Source of the DNA: Caecitellus pseudoparvulus
Lineage: Eukaryota; Protista; Bigyra: Bicosoecida
DNA length: 64,000 bases
Reading direction: 5' to 3'
NCBI GenBank assembly: GCA_965644315.1
Contig: CBFFRQ010000069.1
Coordinates: 1,054,001-1,118,000, forward strand
Shown: positions 53,801 to 64,000 of the stretch, piece after piece
Numbering within the stretch: the stretch's first letter is position 1
Layout of the letters: each line of letters opens with the position of its first letter
Notes under the pieces: model-generated
What the model saw: the letters and a program-made list of their open reading frames with translations, nothing else
Told to the model about the DNA's origin: nothing
The model's database searches: none
Program-made: the position numbers and the translations under genes

Positions 53801-56800
53801 CCCACAGTTGGGCCGAAGGTCCCGCGCTGGCGCTTTTCCATCTTGCTGTCGATGATGTCTTGCGTCTGGTTTGCAGAGGTCTGCGCGGAGAAGGTCAGGT
53901 TGATGGGGATGTACTGCTTGGAGGGCATGTCCTTGGACAACATTTCCATCATGTTCACCGTCTTGCCTGTGCCGGTAGGGCCTGTCATCAGCACATACTT
54001 GCGGTTAGTGAGCAGCGTGCGCCCCAGGAACTTGTACCGCACAGAGTCCTTCGTGGGCACGATCAACTCGGCAAAGGTGAACTTGGACGGGAACACGTAC
54101 TCCGGCACCGTGGCCATCCACTTGGTCCACTCCGAAGTTTCCACATCCCACACATAGTCATACACAGAGCCACCGTCAGGGAAGGGGTTCGCGAAAGCAT
54201 GCGTGTCCATGCTGTTCCGCAGGTACGCGTTCAGCCTCGCACGCCCTTCAGAGTCCACTGTCGCTGCTACAGACCACACGAGAGCGAACATGAACAGGGC
54301 AGGGATGTTCGCCTCCAGTGCTTGCACAGCTTCCGGTGTCGGGGCGTCACGGCCCTCCTTTGGTGCATATGGCTCAAAGTAGCAGTCGAGAATGTTGAGT
54401 AGCCCCTTCACGAGGGAGTTGTCCATGGTCGGCACCGGCTCTGTCAAGTACTTGCGGAGGAAGAACAGAGCACCGTTCAAGTACGCGTCGCAGTGGAAGA
54501 GCAAGGCAGCCTTCATGCTCGGTGTAAAGCACGGCGGCAGTGCCTCCAGCCAAGACTGCACAAGGGGGTCAAAGCCCAAGGAGGTTGGCTCCATGTACAC
54601 CATACCACAGCGCGACACAGTCGCGGGGGACGCGACGAGGAGGTCTTCCACCTCAAACATGATCTCCATGGGGGGTGCCAGTCGGATGATCTCACCGCTG
54701 ACCAAGCACAGCTTCTTGTTGTCATCCAGCACCGTGTTCATGTTCTCAATCCAAATGGCGTCCACAGGGCCATCGAACACCATCCACTTGAGGTCCGGCG
54801 TGGTGCTGTCTGCGCACTTTCGCACCATGTCCGCAAGAATGCCGTCTTGCCACTCCTTCGTATTCGGGTCAAACATGCCGTACAGCTGCCCCATGGTGAT
54901 GGACTTGGGGTTCAAGTAGTGGGCCTGGACGCGCTCCACTTTCGGGCCAGCGCGGCCCTTGTTGGCCATCAGCGTCAGGGCGTCCTTCAGCACGGCGATG
55001 ATGGAGGACTTGCCCGCGCCGGTCGGGCCGACAACCATGAGTCCATGCCGCACCACAACGGTCTCATACAGCTGGATGGCCTTGGTGAGGAAGGATGGTA
55101 CGGGTTGCAAGCCATGGGCCTCAGTGCAGTAGGTCAAGGCCTTCATCAAGTCACCATAGTCGATCTTGGGGCGCTCCACCCCCGGGAACAGGTCTGACAG
55201 GATGCCGGCAAAGAGGGGCAGGTCGTGCGCCAAGAACTTGGGCAAGTTCACGTCTTGCAAGGCACGGTACAACAAGACCTCCTCATTCATGTCGGGATCT
55301 GCGCGCTTGAGGTTCCCTGCTGCGCGAATGACCGTCATCACTGCGCGCATTCCGTAGTCGTAGTGAGACTGAGACGAGAGCTGCTCGGAGCAGAGGCGGA
55401 ATGTGGCCACCATCTTGCGAGCACAAGACAAAGCGTTGGAGAAGCCGAAGGAGAACAGCTTGATCTCCGCGATGAGGGCATAGTCCGGCACCATCATGGC
55501 CACCGGTCGGAACAGCGCCTTCAAGTTGTCAGGCAGCTCCGTACGCCCAGCGTAGCCAGGGTTCATCGTGATGAACACTGCAAAGTTTCCGTCCAGCTTG
55601 ATTTCACTGCCAGAGAAGGGCATCTTGGAGAGACCCTTGCGCACGCCGGCCTGCAGGGTCATGATCTGCTGGGCAACCACAGACAGCACCTCAACATCGA
55701 TTCTGTTGAACTCGTCAAAACAAGCCCACGCACCGCACGAGACGAGGCCCTTGAAGAACTTGGCCATGGCCATGAAGTCCAATCCATCTGAGCAGTTGAA
55801 CACGACGACTTGCCGCGCGAGGGCCTTGGCGAGGTCTTTGACAGTCTCCGTCTTGCCGGTTCCGGCAGGGCCAGCGGGAGCACCTCCGAAGAACATCTGC
55901 ACGGCACCCATGAGCGTGAGGTAGCACTTGTCCGTGAGCGGAGTGATGACTAGCCTGTCCTGGTTGCCGAAATACTCGTACCCGTACGGGCGGTCGGAAC
56001 TCAGCATTTGAATGCGCATGTCGCCTTCCAACGCTTCGCCATTGCGCCAGTAGTAGCGCATCTGCGAGATCCAGTCAAAGTCATTGGTCGCCGACACCTT
56101 GGCCGCGATCATGCGCTGAATGACGTCTCGAGCATGCACATCAAGCACAGTCAGGGCGCCGATTTGCTTGCGGACCAAGGGTTTCAGCTCACCCCGCACC
56201 AGCTGCACGACTTGCTCAATTTGAGCGAGGGACTGCTCCAGGTACGCCGAGAGGCCCGCTGTTCCACCCTCGCGAATGGCAGCTTCGACCTCCTGTGTCC
56301 AGTGCAGCTGGGAGCCATTGAGGACTGCCTGGGAGGGCCACTCTTGAATCCAATCTGAGCGCTCCACTGCAGGGTACGCTGCGATGGCAGCCCACACGAC
56401 AGCCTTCACAGAGGTGCGCATCATGCTCTCCAAGTCCCCCATCCACAGCTCCACATTCTTCCCGCGAGGGTCCACAGGCGAGACACAGTCCACGAGCTCC
56501 CCTTCCTCTGACTGAAACTTCACGATGGTCATGTCCTCAGTGAAGGACACGTGCTGCACGCCTTCAAAGCACTTCTTCAAGTGCGGCTGCACAGCACGGG
56601 GGTCTTTCGTGGATGACAGAATGTCCAGAAGTTCATCATCGGAGAGGAAGTAGAACCGCGCGAAGGCGGCACGCTTGGTCTCCAAGTAGTCACTCAGTTG
56701 CTTCTGCACAAGCTCCAGGAACGTGTTACTCTCCTGAAACTTCTCCAGCAACTTAGGGTCGTCACAGAAACGGATGGCCTTGGCGTTTTGCAAAGCTTGG

Positions 56801-59800
56801 AGCATCGTCGTGCGCCAGTTCTTGTCGACGGTCGAGAAGCGCTTGTACTCCTTTGGCAGCTGCTTCTGAATGTCAGGGGAGTCGAAGATGGGCTGCAGGT
56901 ACAGCCATGACCTCTGCACCTTGATCCACTCGTCCAGTACGTCGGTGACTGTGTTCAGGCGAGCTTGCCACTTGTCAATGCGCTCTGCAAAGTGTTCCTT
57001 GAACGCTGAGAATGCCATGGCGGCAGTGCGCGTGATGTGATCGTCCAAAAGCGCCTGCAGCTCGTCAAAGCCCTTCAAAATGTACGACTTGGTGTTCCGG
57101 TACTCCTCGATGACGAGGGTGACGTCAGCCCACTGCGCCTCCATCTCATCCAACGAAACCTTGATCTGGTGCTCCTTGCCTGCGGTCTCACCGATCTTCG
57201 TGATGACGGCTGTGTGCTCGAGCAAGTTCAGCTCGTACACATTCTGCAGGGTGAAGCTGTCCTCCGGCTGCACATGGAAGCCCACTGCATCTGACAGCCC
57301 CACCCAATGTCGTGGCTCCATGCCAGGGTTGCGCAAGCCTTGGATGACGGGGATCATGGGCTTGAAGGCTTGCACCTGGGCCCGGATTTCCGTGGCAATC
57401 TCCAGGCAAGGCGCGACGCCAAGCTTTTCGAAGTTCTTCACACTCTTGGCCATGTTCTTCAAAGCGTCACTGTGCTGTTTCTCGATGGCGGCGGCGTCCA
57501 GGGAGAGGAAGGGCGCAGCGTGCCACTCCTCCTTGTTCTGCAGCCACGCGTGCACAGTCTCCCACAGCAGGCAGTACGGCTCGAAAGCCTTGGCGATATC
57601 GTTGATGCGGTCGTACTCTGTCAAGTCCTTGTCAAACAGTGCTTCCCGGGAGTTGAAGCGGCGTGCAGACTCCTTGGCCTCCTCCAGCGCCGCTTTGAGC
57701 TTCGCCACGTGGGCTGCCACGGCATTCACAGCATCCAGCTCCGTGAATGTGGACAGGTTCAGCACCTCACCGTGCAAGGTGTTCAGGCGCTCCTCAAATT
57801 CGATCTGATCCGACTCCATCTCTTCTTGGTACCGGGCTTGCTCGGTCTCAAGTGTCTCGGCAACTGCCGCGCACCGGGCAGCAATGTCCCCGGGGCCGCC
57901 CTGCGCCCGCCACTGCAAGTCGAACTGGTCCCTGGGCAACTGCACGTTGAAGCGGGCCAGCGCCTTGTACGCTTGCTCATTGTCAGAGATGCTGCCTTGC
58001 AACTCCTTGACTTTGTCCGGCACTGTGGCCATGAACTGCCGGATCTCATCCAGCTGCTCGATGTCCTTGGGGAAGATAGACAGCGCTGCGTCCATGCTTT
58101 TGAAAGCTTTGATAACGGCAAGGGACGCAGAGGACACGTGGTCTGCAATGACTCCCAGCACTCGGTCCGCGATCTCAGTGTGCTTGGCAGCCAACATGGC
58201 AGAGACGTCCCCCGCGGACACCTGGAACAGCCCCAGGTTGTTGGTGGGCAAGATGTCTCTGCGAATGGCCAGTGCAGCGGCTTGGTGTTGCTCCACGAGC
58301 TTCACGAGGCCGCTGAGGTTGAAGTTCTCCTTGGCTGCTGCAGCCAACTTGCTGATCAGGTTATCCACGTCCAAGTTCAAGAACGGCAAGTACGCCTCGA
58401 ACGTGGCCAAGTAGGCGCTCATGACTGGGGCAGCCTTGGCCAGGGCGGCGTTGATGGCAGCCAGGTGCTCCTGCACCCACTCCTCCGACTCATGCACGGT
58501 GGGCACCACCGGCACGTGTGACCAGGGAAGCTTGCTGGCCACGCGCTTCTCAATGTTTTCGACGCCTTTGAATGCACGCAGGCCTGACAGGAAGGCGGAG
58601 CCTGGCGCAGCCAAGAAGTCCCCGATCGGGGTGCCGTACTTGAACGACTTGGGCCAAGCCGGCTCGGCGTCAGACTCCACTCCTGACTTCTCCTCACTGC
58701 TGCCACCTTCCACTGCCTCCTTTGAGCCAGCACCGCCGGCACCCGCCGAGGGCGCCTTGGCAGAGTGCACGACAAGGTCGACAAGGAAGAGGGGAGGGCG
58801 CCGGGGGCGCGAGATGGGATCTTCAGCGGCAGAGTAGTCCACCTCCACATCTGCCGTGCCCCGCACCGTCACCACGCCCTCCACTGCAGAGACGATGTAG
58901 TCCCTGTACGCAGCCAGGACGCCTTGGCTGAGGGTGCGCAGGTCTGCCGCCATCATAAAGTTCACCATGGTGAGGAGGCGCTTGAGTTTGGAGAACTCGT
59001 AAATCTCGAGGCTGGTCTCGTTGGTGTTGTAGTCGCCCTTGCCCAGGCCGTCCAGGTGCAGCTTCAAGGCATTCTTGACCTTGTTGCACCAGGCACCGAC
59101 GGTGGCATTGAAGGTGCCAGCGGTACTGGCCTGCACGTTCATGAAGTCGTCCAGGCGAGAGGGCTTGGAGACGGTGTACGAGAGGAAGGTGTCACCCTCC
59201 AAGGCCAGGTTTTCGCCGCGCGCCTTGACCAGGGCCCGGATGACGTCGGGGATGGTGAGTTGGGAGTGGAAGGAAAAGTTGCTGAAGGTTTCGGCAAAGT
59301 TGTGGCGGGGGATGACCACTGTGCCCTGAGCAGGGGGCGGTTCACTGGCCCCTGCAGCCGGCGGCATGTCCACGAGAGCCAACAGGCCCTCACTGCCCTG
59401 TCGCGCCATGGTGACGTCGAAGATGATCTTGTTCATCGTGCGCTGGTACTCCACGTTGACCTCTGCAAGGATGGCCGTGGTGTCCACACTGGCCCTTGCC
59501 AGGGCGGGGGAAGCCGTCGCTGCAGTGAGCACCCGCGTCACCTGCTCCGCATCCAGGCCAGGCATGTCGTCTGTGGGCATGCACTCAACGTACAAGTTGT
59601 ACCTCAGGCGGCGCTCAGCTGTCCGGCGTGCGCGGAAGGCATTCCCGACGCGGGCTGCGAACCGGAAGGGGTCTTCCGACACGAAGCAAATGTGCAGGCG
59701 GGGCAAGTGGGCGGAGCCGGCATCCCCGCCCTTGCTCTCCACACCGGAACCCGTCGCGAACGAGCCCAGAATGTCAGAGTCACTGGCGGCCCACCGCACA

Positions 59801-60661
59801 GTGAAGAGGGATGTGGCGGGGTTCCACTGCGTCACTGTGCAGGGGTGCCAGCTCCCCACGCCGTCCTCCCCCAGCTGCAGTGCCCGAGCAGGCACGCCCA
59901 CTTGGGAGCCATCTTCCTCCCCCAGCTTCATCCACTCCTCTGGAGTGCGCTCTTCAAAATCCGTGTCATCAAAGGCAGCCAGAGGAAGGGACGAGTCGTA
60001 CGCACGCAGGGACACGGCCGAGATACCAGGTGCCACCGTATCAGGTTGGCCAGCCCCCGGCAGGGAGAAATCAACGCCCTGCTCGCGCAGGAGCTGTGCG
60101 ATATCTTGGCTAGCAAAGAATCGCTGCGTGAAGGGGGTGGCGAACGGTGTGCCGGGCACGTGTGGACTGGGTGCCGGCGCGAGGGAAGCGGCGAAACGCA
60201 AAGCACGCCGATGCGAGATCGCGCATTTCCGCATCGCCCATTCCTTACCTTCTTGCGCTCCACCTCGACCTTGCGCGGCGCGTGCCCACTTTGGCGAGCA
60301 TGCGGCACAAAAACCTTGGGCTCTAGCGACTTCTTCATCGTAGGTTGCTGGAAGATGGCCTGCAGGGAGCAGCGAACCGAGGCGTGCATCGCGGATGCCT
60401 TGCACCGCTGCTCGGCAGCCTCAGGATGCGTACCTGCGTGTCAGCCGCTTCATGCAGAGGACGTGAGATTTGACCAGTCGTTTCTGCACGCCTGGCTCTG
60501 AAGGTGTGCGCCATTGGGGTTCGCCTCTCCTTGCTAACGGTGGAGGCGGCTGGCCCGCCAGTGGCGGCAGCGGCGCCTCCGCTGGACAAGTCGCTGTACC
60601 ACCCGCGCTGCCTCACGCCAGGCGACCCCATGCCCCGAGTACTTGAGCCTGTACCAGACAT
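47824..60661 (-). CDS. DNAH1: Axonemal inner-arm dynein heavy chain, DNAH1-like; two 5' introns, last exon about 47824-60123
   Basis: P-loops GPAGTGKT, GPTGAGKS, GPTGTGKT and GVGGSGRQS, CFDEFNR, coiled-coil stalk, C-terminal TTGHSSNF...WIKAGVA. The N-terminal PKV.VP...PRKVEVER...F.SQDI motif is typical of DNAH1. Confidence 0.93.
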
Positions 60662-61202
60662 GCTCTTTGGCGCTTGGACGGTGCGGCTCCCCGAGTTCTG
60701 GGGAAATGGCCTTGTGTCCTCTCGCTGCAGGGGCAAACCCTTCAATTTCCGCAGGCACCAGCCCAAGCGCAAGTTGCCGAGGCGGTACAAGCTTGGGTTG
60801 GAATGGCCACGGGACAGACGCCCGTGAGTAGCTTGAATGCTTGGTGTCTGGCTTTATGGTTTGTGCTGCTGTACTGTTTGCTACGCGTGGGTGGAGCAGT
60901 TGGAGGGCCTCCTCGCACGGTCCAAGACTGAGCCATCTCACGGAGCACCAAAATCCCGCAGAATCTGAACGCTTGCCCGGCACAATGCCTCTGCTACAGT
61001 AATCAGTCCGCTGCATCTGCCAGCGTGCCTCGTGCCTCTTGAGGCCCCGAACGATAGCCCGCCACAGGGTTCCTTTGTGTCTCGCCGCTCAGCGCCGTTT
61101 CTTGGTGGACTGTGGGCCGCTGCTGTGCCACTCTGGGCGAGGAATCGGGACATCTGGTGCAGCCAATCGAGCGCTGAACTGACAAAAGCGACCCAACTTA
61201 GC

Positions 61203-64000
61203 ATGTCTCGCCTCATGGCGCCCCGGGCTCCTGCCACGATTGCGTAAGTGCAGCAGCGCCTGGACATCGCTGTGCGACGTTACACAGATTGTTCAGCCAG
61301 CAGGCCGAATGTTGGTGCAACAAGGCACGCAGCACCCTTTTCATTCCTCTCCCTGTTCACAGGGCTGCGCTGTGCTTCGCGGCATGCCTCTTGTCAGCCA
61401 CGGCAGACGAAGTGCCAGCTGCCGTCACAGCTCTTCGGGCAGGGCAGGAAGGGGATGGCCTGTCAGGAGCTGCTTCGCGGCGGCTGTCCAGTCCCTGTCC
61501 TGCAGGGCAGTGGCTAGACATCCCATCCAATCCTCCCAATGGTACCTGCACTCTGTGCGATGCGGGAACGTGCGTGCGCGCGTTCAGCCGAGGCCTCCTG
61601 GCGCTGGTGGCGTTTCACTGCACGAACCTTGCGCTACCTCGACCGCCGCCGTTGTGACACTCGCAGGTTCAAGCCCGGCATTGGGGACAACCAGACCGAC
61701 TGCCTGACATGCCCCGTGGACTCTGAGGATGAGCCCACGCGCACCACTTGCGTGTGTGTCCTGAGCACGGCTACCTTCGACTCCACCAACATTGTCTGCC
61801 GGAGAGCCGTCGGTGCGTTGCGCTGCCTGCTCACTGGGCCGTCAGCCCCGCTCCAGCCTCACCCTTACACGTCCTGTGGCCCTCGCAGTGTTCATTGATG
61901 AAACGTCCCCCAGCCTTAAGGAAGGCGCAAGCACTGGGCTCGACATTGTCCTGCTCGAAGCGCCCACAGCAGACGTGACTGTCACGCTGACCATCACCTC
62001 AGGCGCCACCGGCCTGACGTTCAACGGGAACGCGGCAGGTGCATTCAGCCTGACGTTCACGAGCGGAAACTGGAACACCCCCCAGACAGTCACCGTCGCC
62101 AGCGCCGACGACAACGTAGACTCGTCAGGCGGCACTGGCTCCTACACTGCCTCTCTCACTGTCAGTGCCAGCTCGGCAGATTCGTTCTACAACTCTGCCA
62201 CCATCTCCCCCGGCACTGGCATCACGGCCACCGTCTTTGAAGATGAGAGCACCACACCGTGTACCCGTGTGTGTGCTCCAGGCCAGTTCGCCCCCACAGG
62301 TGTGGCTGGTGACGAGCAGCTCTGCCTGCCCTGCCCCCAGGGCTCCTTCTGCCCCGGCGGCGACTGCAGCGTCACACCGTCAGCGTGTGCCGCAGGGCGC
62401 TATGCAGACACGTTCGGAGCGTCTGCGGCGGGGGACTGCCCGACGTGCAGTGCCGGGCGGTACACAGCCGCCACAGGTGCCACTGCTTGCACGGTTTGCA
62501 GTGCAGGCAACCAGTGCCCGTCCACCACCTCCGCGGGCACAGCGTGCCCGGCAGGAACCTTTTCCCTCGCCGGCGCAGATTCCTGCACGCCTTGCGCAGA
62601 TGGCTTCTACAACACAGGCACGGGGCAGACGACCTGCACCGAGTGCCCCTCGGCGTCATTTTGCCCCACCACCGCCAAGGACTCGGCACCCACCGCGTGC
62701 CCAGCAGGCCGCTTTTCCACCTCTGGCCAAACGGCGTGCTCCGAATGTGCTCCCGGCAAGTCATGCTTCGCCGGTGCGCCCACCACGGCCGTGTGTCCTG
62801 CAGGCACGTTTGCAGATGGCGGGGACACGCAGCACTGCATCGGCTGCCCCATTGGCATGGTCTGTGAAGCACCCGGCTCCGCGCCCACTCCCTGCCCGGC
62901 TGGGAAGTTCTCAGCAGGCACAGCTGCCACCTGCACCGCCTGCCCGAGTGGCAGGTATCAGACCAGCGCCGGACAAGGCTCGTGCGCGCTGTGTCCTGAC
63001 GGATCCTCGTGCTTGGACCCCGCCTCCGCGCCCACCACCTGCCCCGCTGGACGGTATGCGGAGGCTGGGGATGGATACTGCAGGGCGTGTGACTACCTGG
63101 GTGGGCAGTACCAGCCTGCTACGGGGCAGTCCACGTGCGCCTCATGCCCAGCAGGGGACGAGTGCGTGTCGTCTCAGGGCACTGCGGCAGTGGCGTGCCC
63201 CGCTGGATCCGTCTCAGGTTCGGGCGTCGGCGTGTGCACTCAGTGTGCAATCGGTCGTCGGGTGAACGGCGCGTCGACGAATTGCCCTTTGTGCCGCGAG
63301 GGGCGGAAATGCCCATCTCCCCAAGTGGGGGAAGTGGACTGCGAGGTGGGCACGTTTGCTAATGGGGATGGCGTGCGCACAGTGTGCACACCCTGCCCTG
63401 TAGGGGAGGAGTGTGGCTCTACGCGACTGAATATGGGCACGGCGTGCACAGCCGGGCGGTATGCCCCCGTGGCAGGCATGTCAGCTTGCTTGGACTGTCC
63501 AGAGGGGCACTCCTGCCCTAACGTCATGTCGGCAACACCCTGCCCAGAAGGCCGCTACTCGCCTGCAGGGGACAGCACGTGCACCAACTGCGCAGCTGGC
63601 AGCTACTGCCCGGACCCAGCTAGCGGGGCCATTGCTTGCCCTGCAGGCACGTACTCTGCAGCAGGCTCTGTGGCATGCAGCACCTGCCCTGCCGGTTCAT
63701 CTTGCTCTGGCACGGGCACGACAGCTTGCGCCACTGGCCGCTACTCCCTGGCTGGGGAGAGCACCTGCACCGCTTGCCCCGTCGGCTTCGAGTGCCCAAC
63801 CACCACAATGCCCCCGCGCCGGTGTTCTCAAGGGTACTATGCCGACTCGACGCTGTCGACGACCTGCACGATCTGCACGGCAGGCAGTTTTTGCTTGGAC
63901 CCCACCGTGGACCCTGCGTCATCGCTCTGCCCCGCTGGCACCTACTCTTTCCAAGGCCAAGTTGCTTGCACGCAGTGCCCCGCGGGGTACCAGTGCCCCA
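61203..64000 (+). CDS. Secreted/surface Cys-rich protein: signal peptide, Calx-beta-like Ig domain, many CPAG-type (GCC2/GCC3, ephrin-receptor-like) repeats; 3'-truncated
   Basis: MSRLMAPRAPATIA|ALCFAACLLSATA signal peptide, LTFTSGNWNTPQTVTV..ADD domain at about 61900-62250, then continuous CxxCPAGxxC repeats to the window end. Confidence 0.82.

Noticed and set aside
60662-61202. Short ORFs between DNAH1 and the surface protein
   Set aside because: No motifs or codon bias. Consistent with a divergent promoter/5' UTR region.
62250-64000. Repetitive DNA resembling a repeat array or CRISPR
   Set aside because: The periodicity is protein-level Cys-rich repeats. There are no identical direct repeats with spacers and no cas genes.

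Overview
Eukaryotic, GC-rich (about 65% by eye), very gene-dense nuclear DNA read with the standard genetic code. It holds about 26 protein-coding genes with short GT-AG introns clustered near 5' ends and intergenic gaps often of only 40-450 bp. Ciliary genes (DNAH1-type dynein heavy chain, Tctex1-domain light chain, ZBBX-like protein) indicate a flagellated protist. A heterotrophic stramenopile is my low-confidence guess. Housekeeping genes are XPD, a TMEM186-like protein, an M20 amidohydrolase, glyoxalase II, succinyl-CoA ligase alpha, UAP56, HDDC2, CHIP, a GT8, importin-11, GatB, DDX56, a ZnT/CDF transporter and AsnRS. I recognised no RNA genes, CRISPR arrays or mobile elements. Main findings: (1) a strand-specific heptamer CAAT(G/T)CA or a close variant lies just downstream of nearly every stop codon and on both strands between convergent genes, making it a candidate non-canonical polyadenylation signal; (2) a single-chain pseudo-E2 (UBE2Q-like, catalytic Cys lost)-UFD1-UBX fusion is encoded about 3 kb from a divergent CDC48/p97 paralogue, a candidate dedicated segregase module; (3) a fumarate reductase-cytochrome b5 reductase fusion, a GST-fused AsnRS, a SAM-bearing ZBBX-like protein and a strongly codon-biased orphan with an internal duplication. 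Exon boundaries were inferred by eye, so CDS coordinates span introns.
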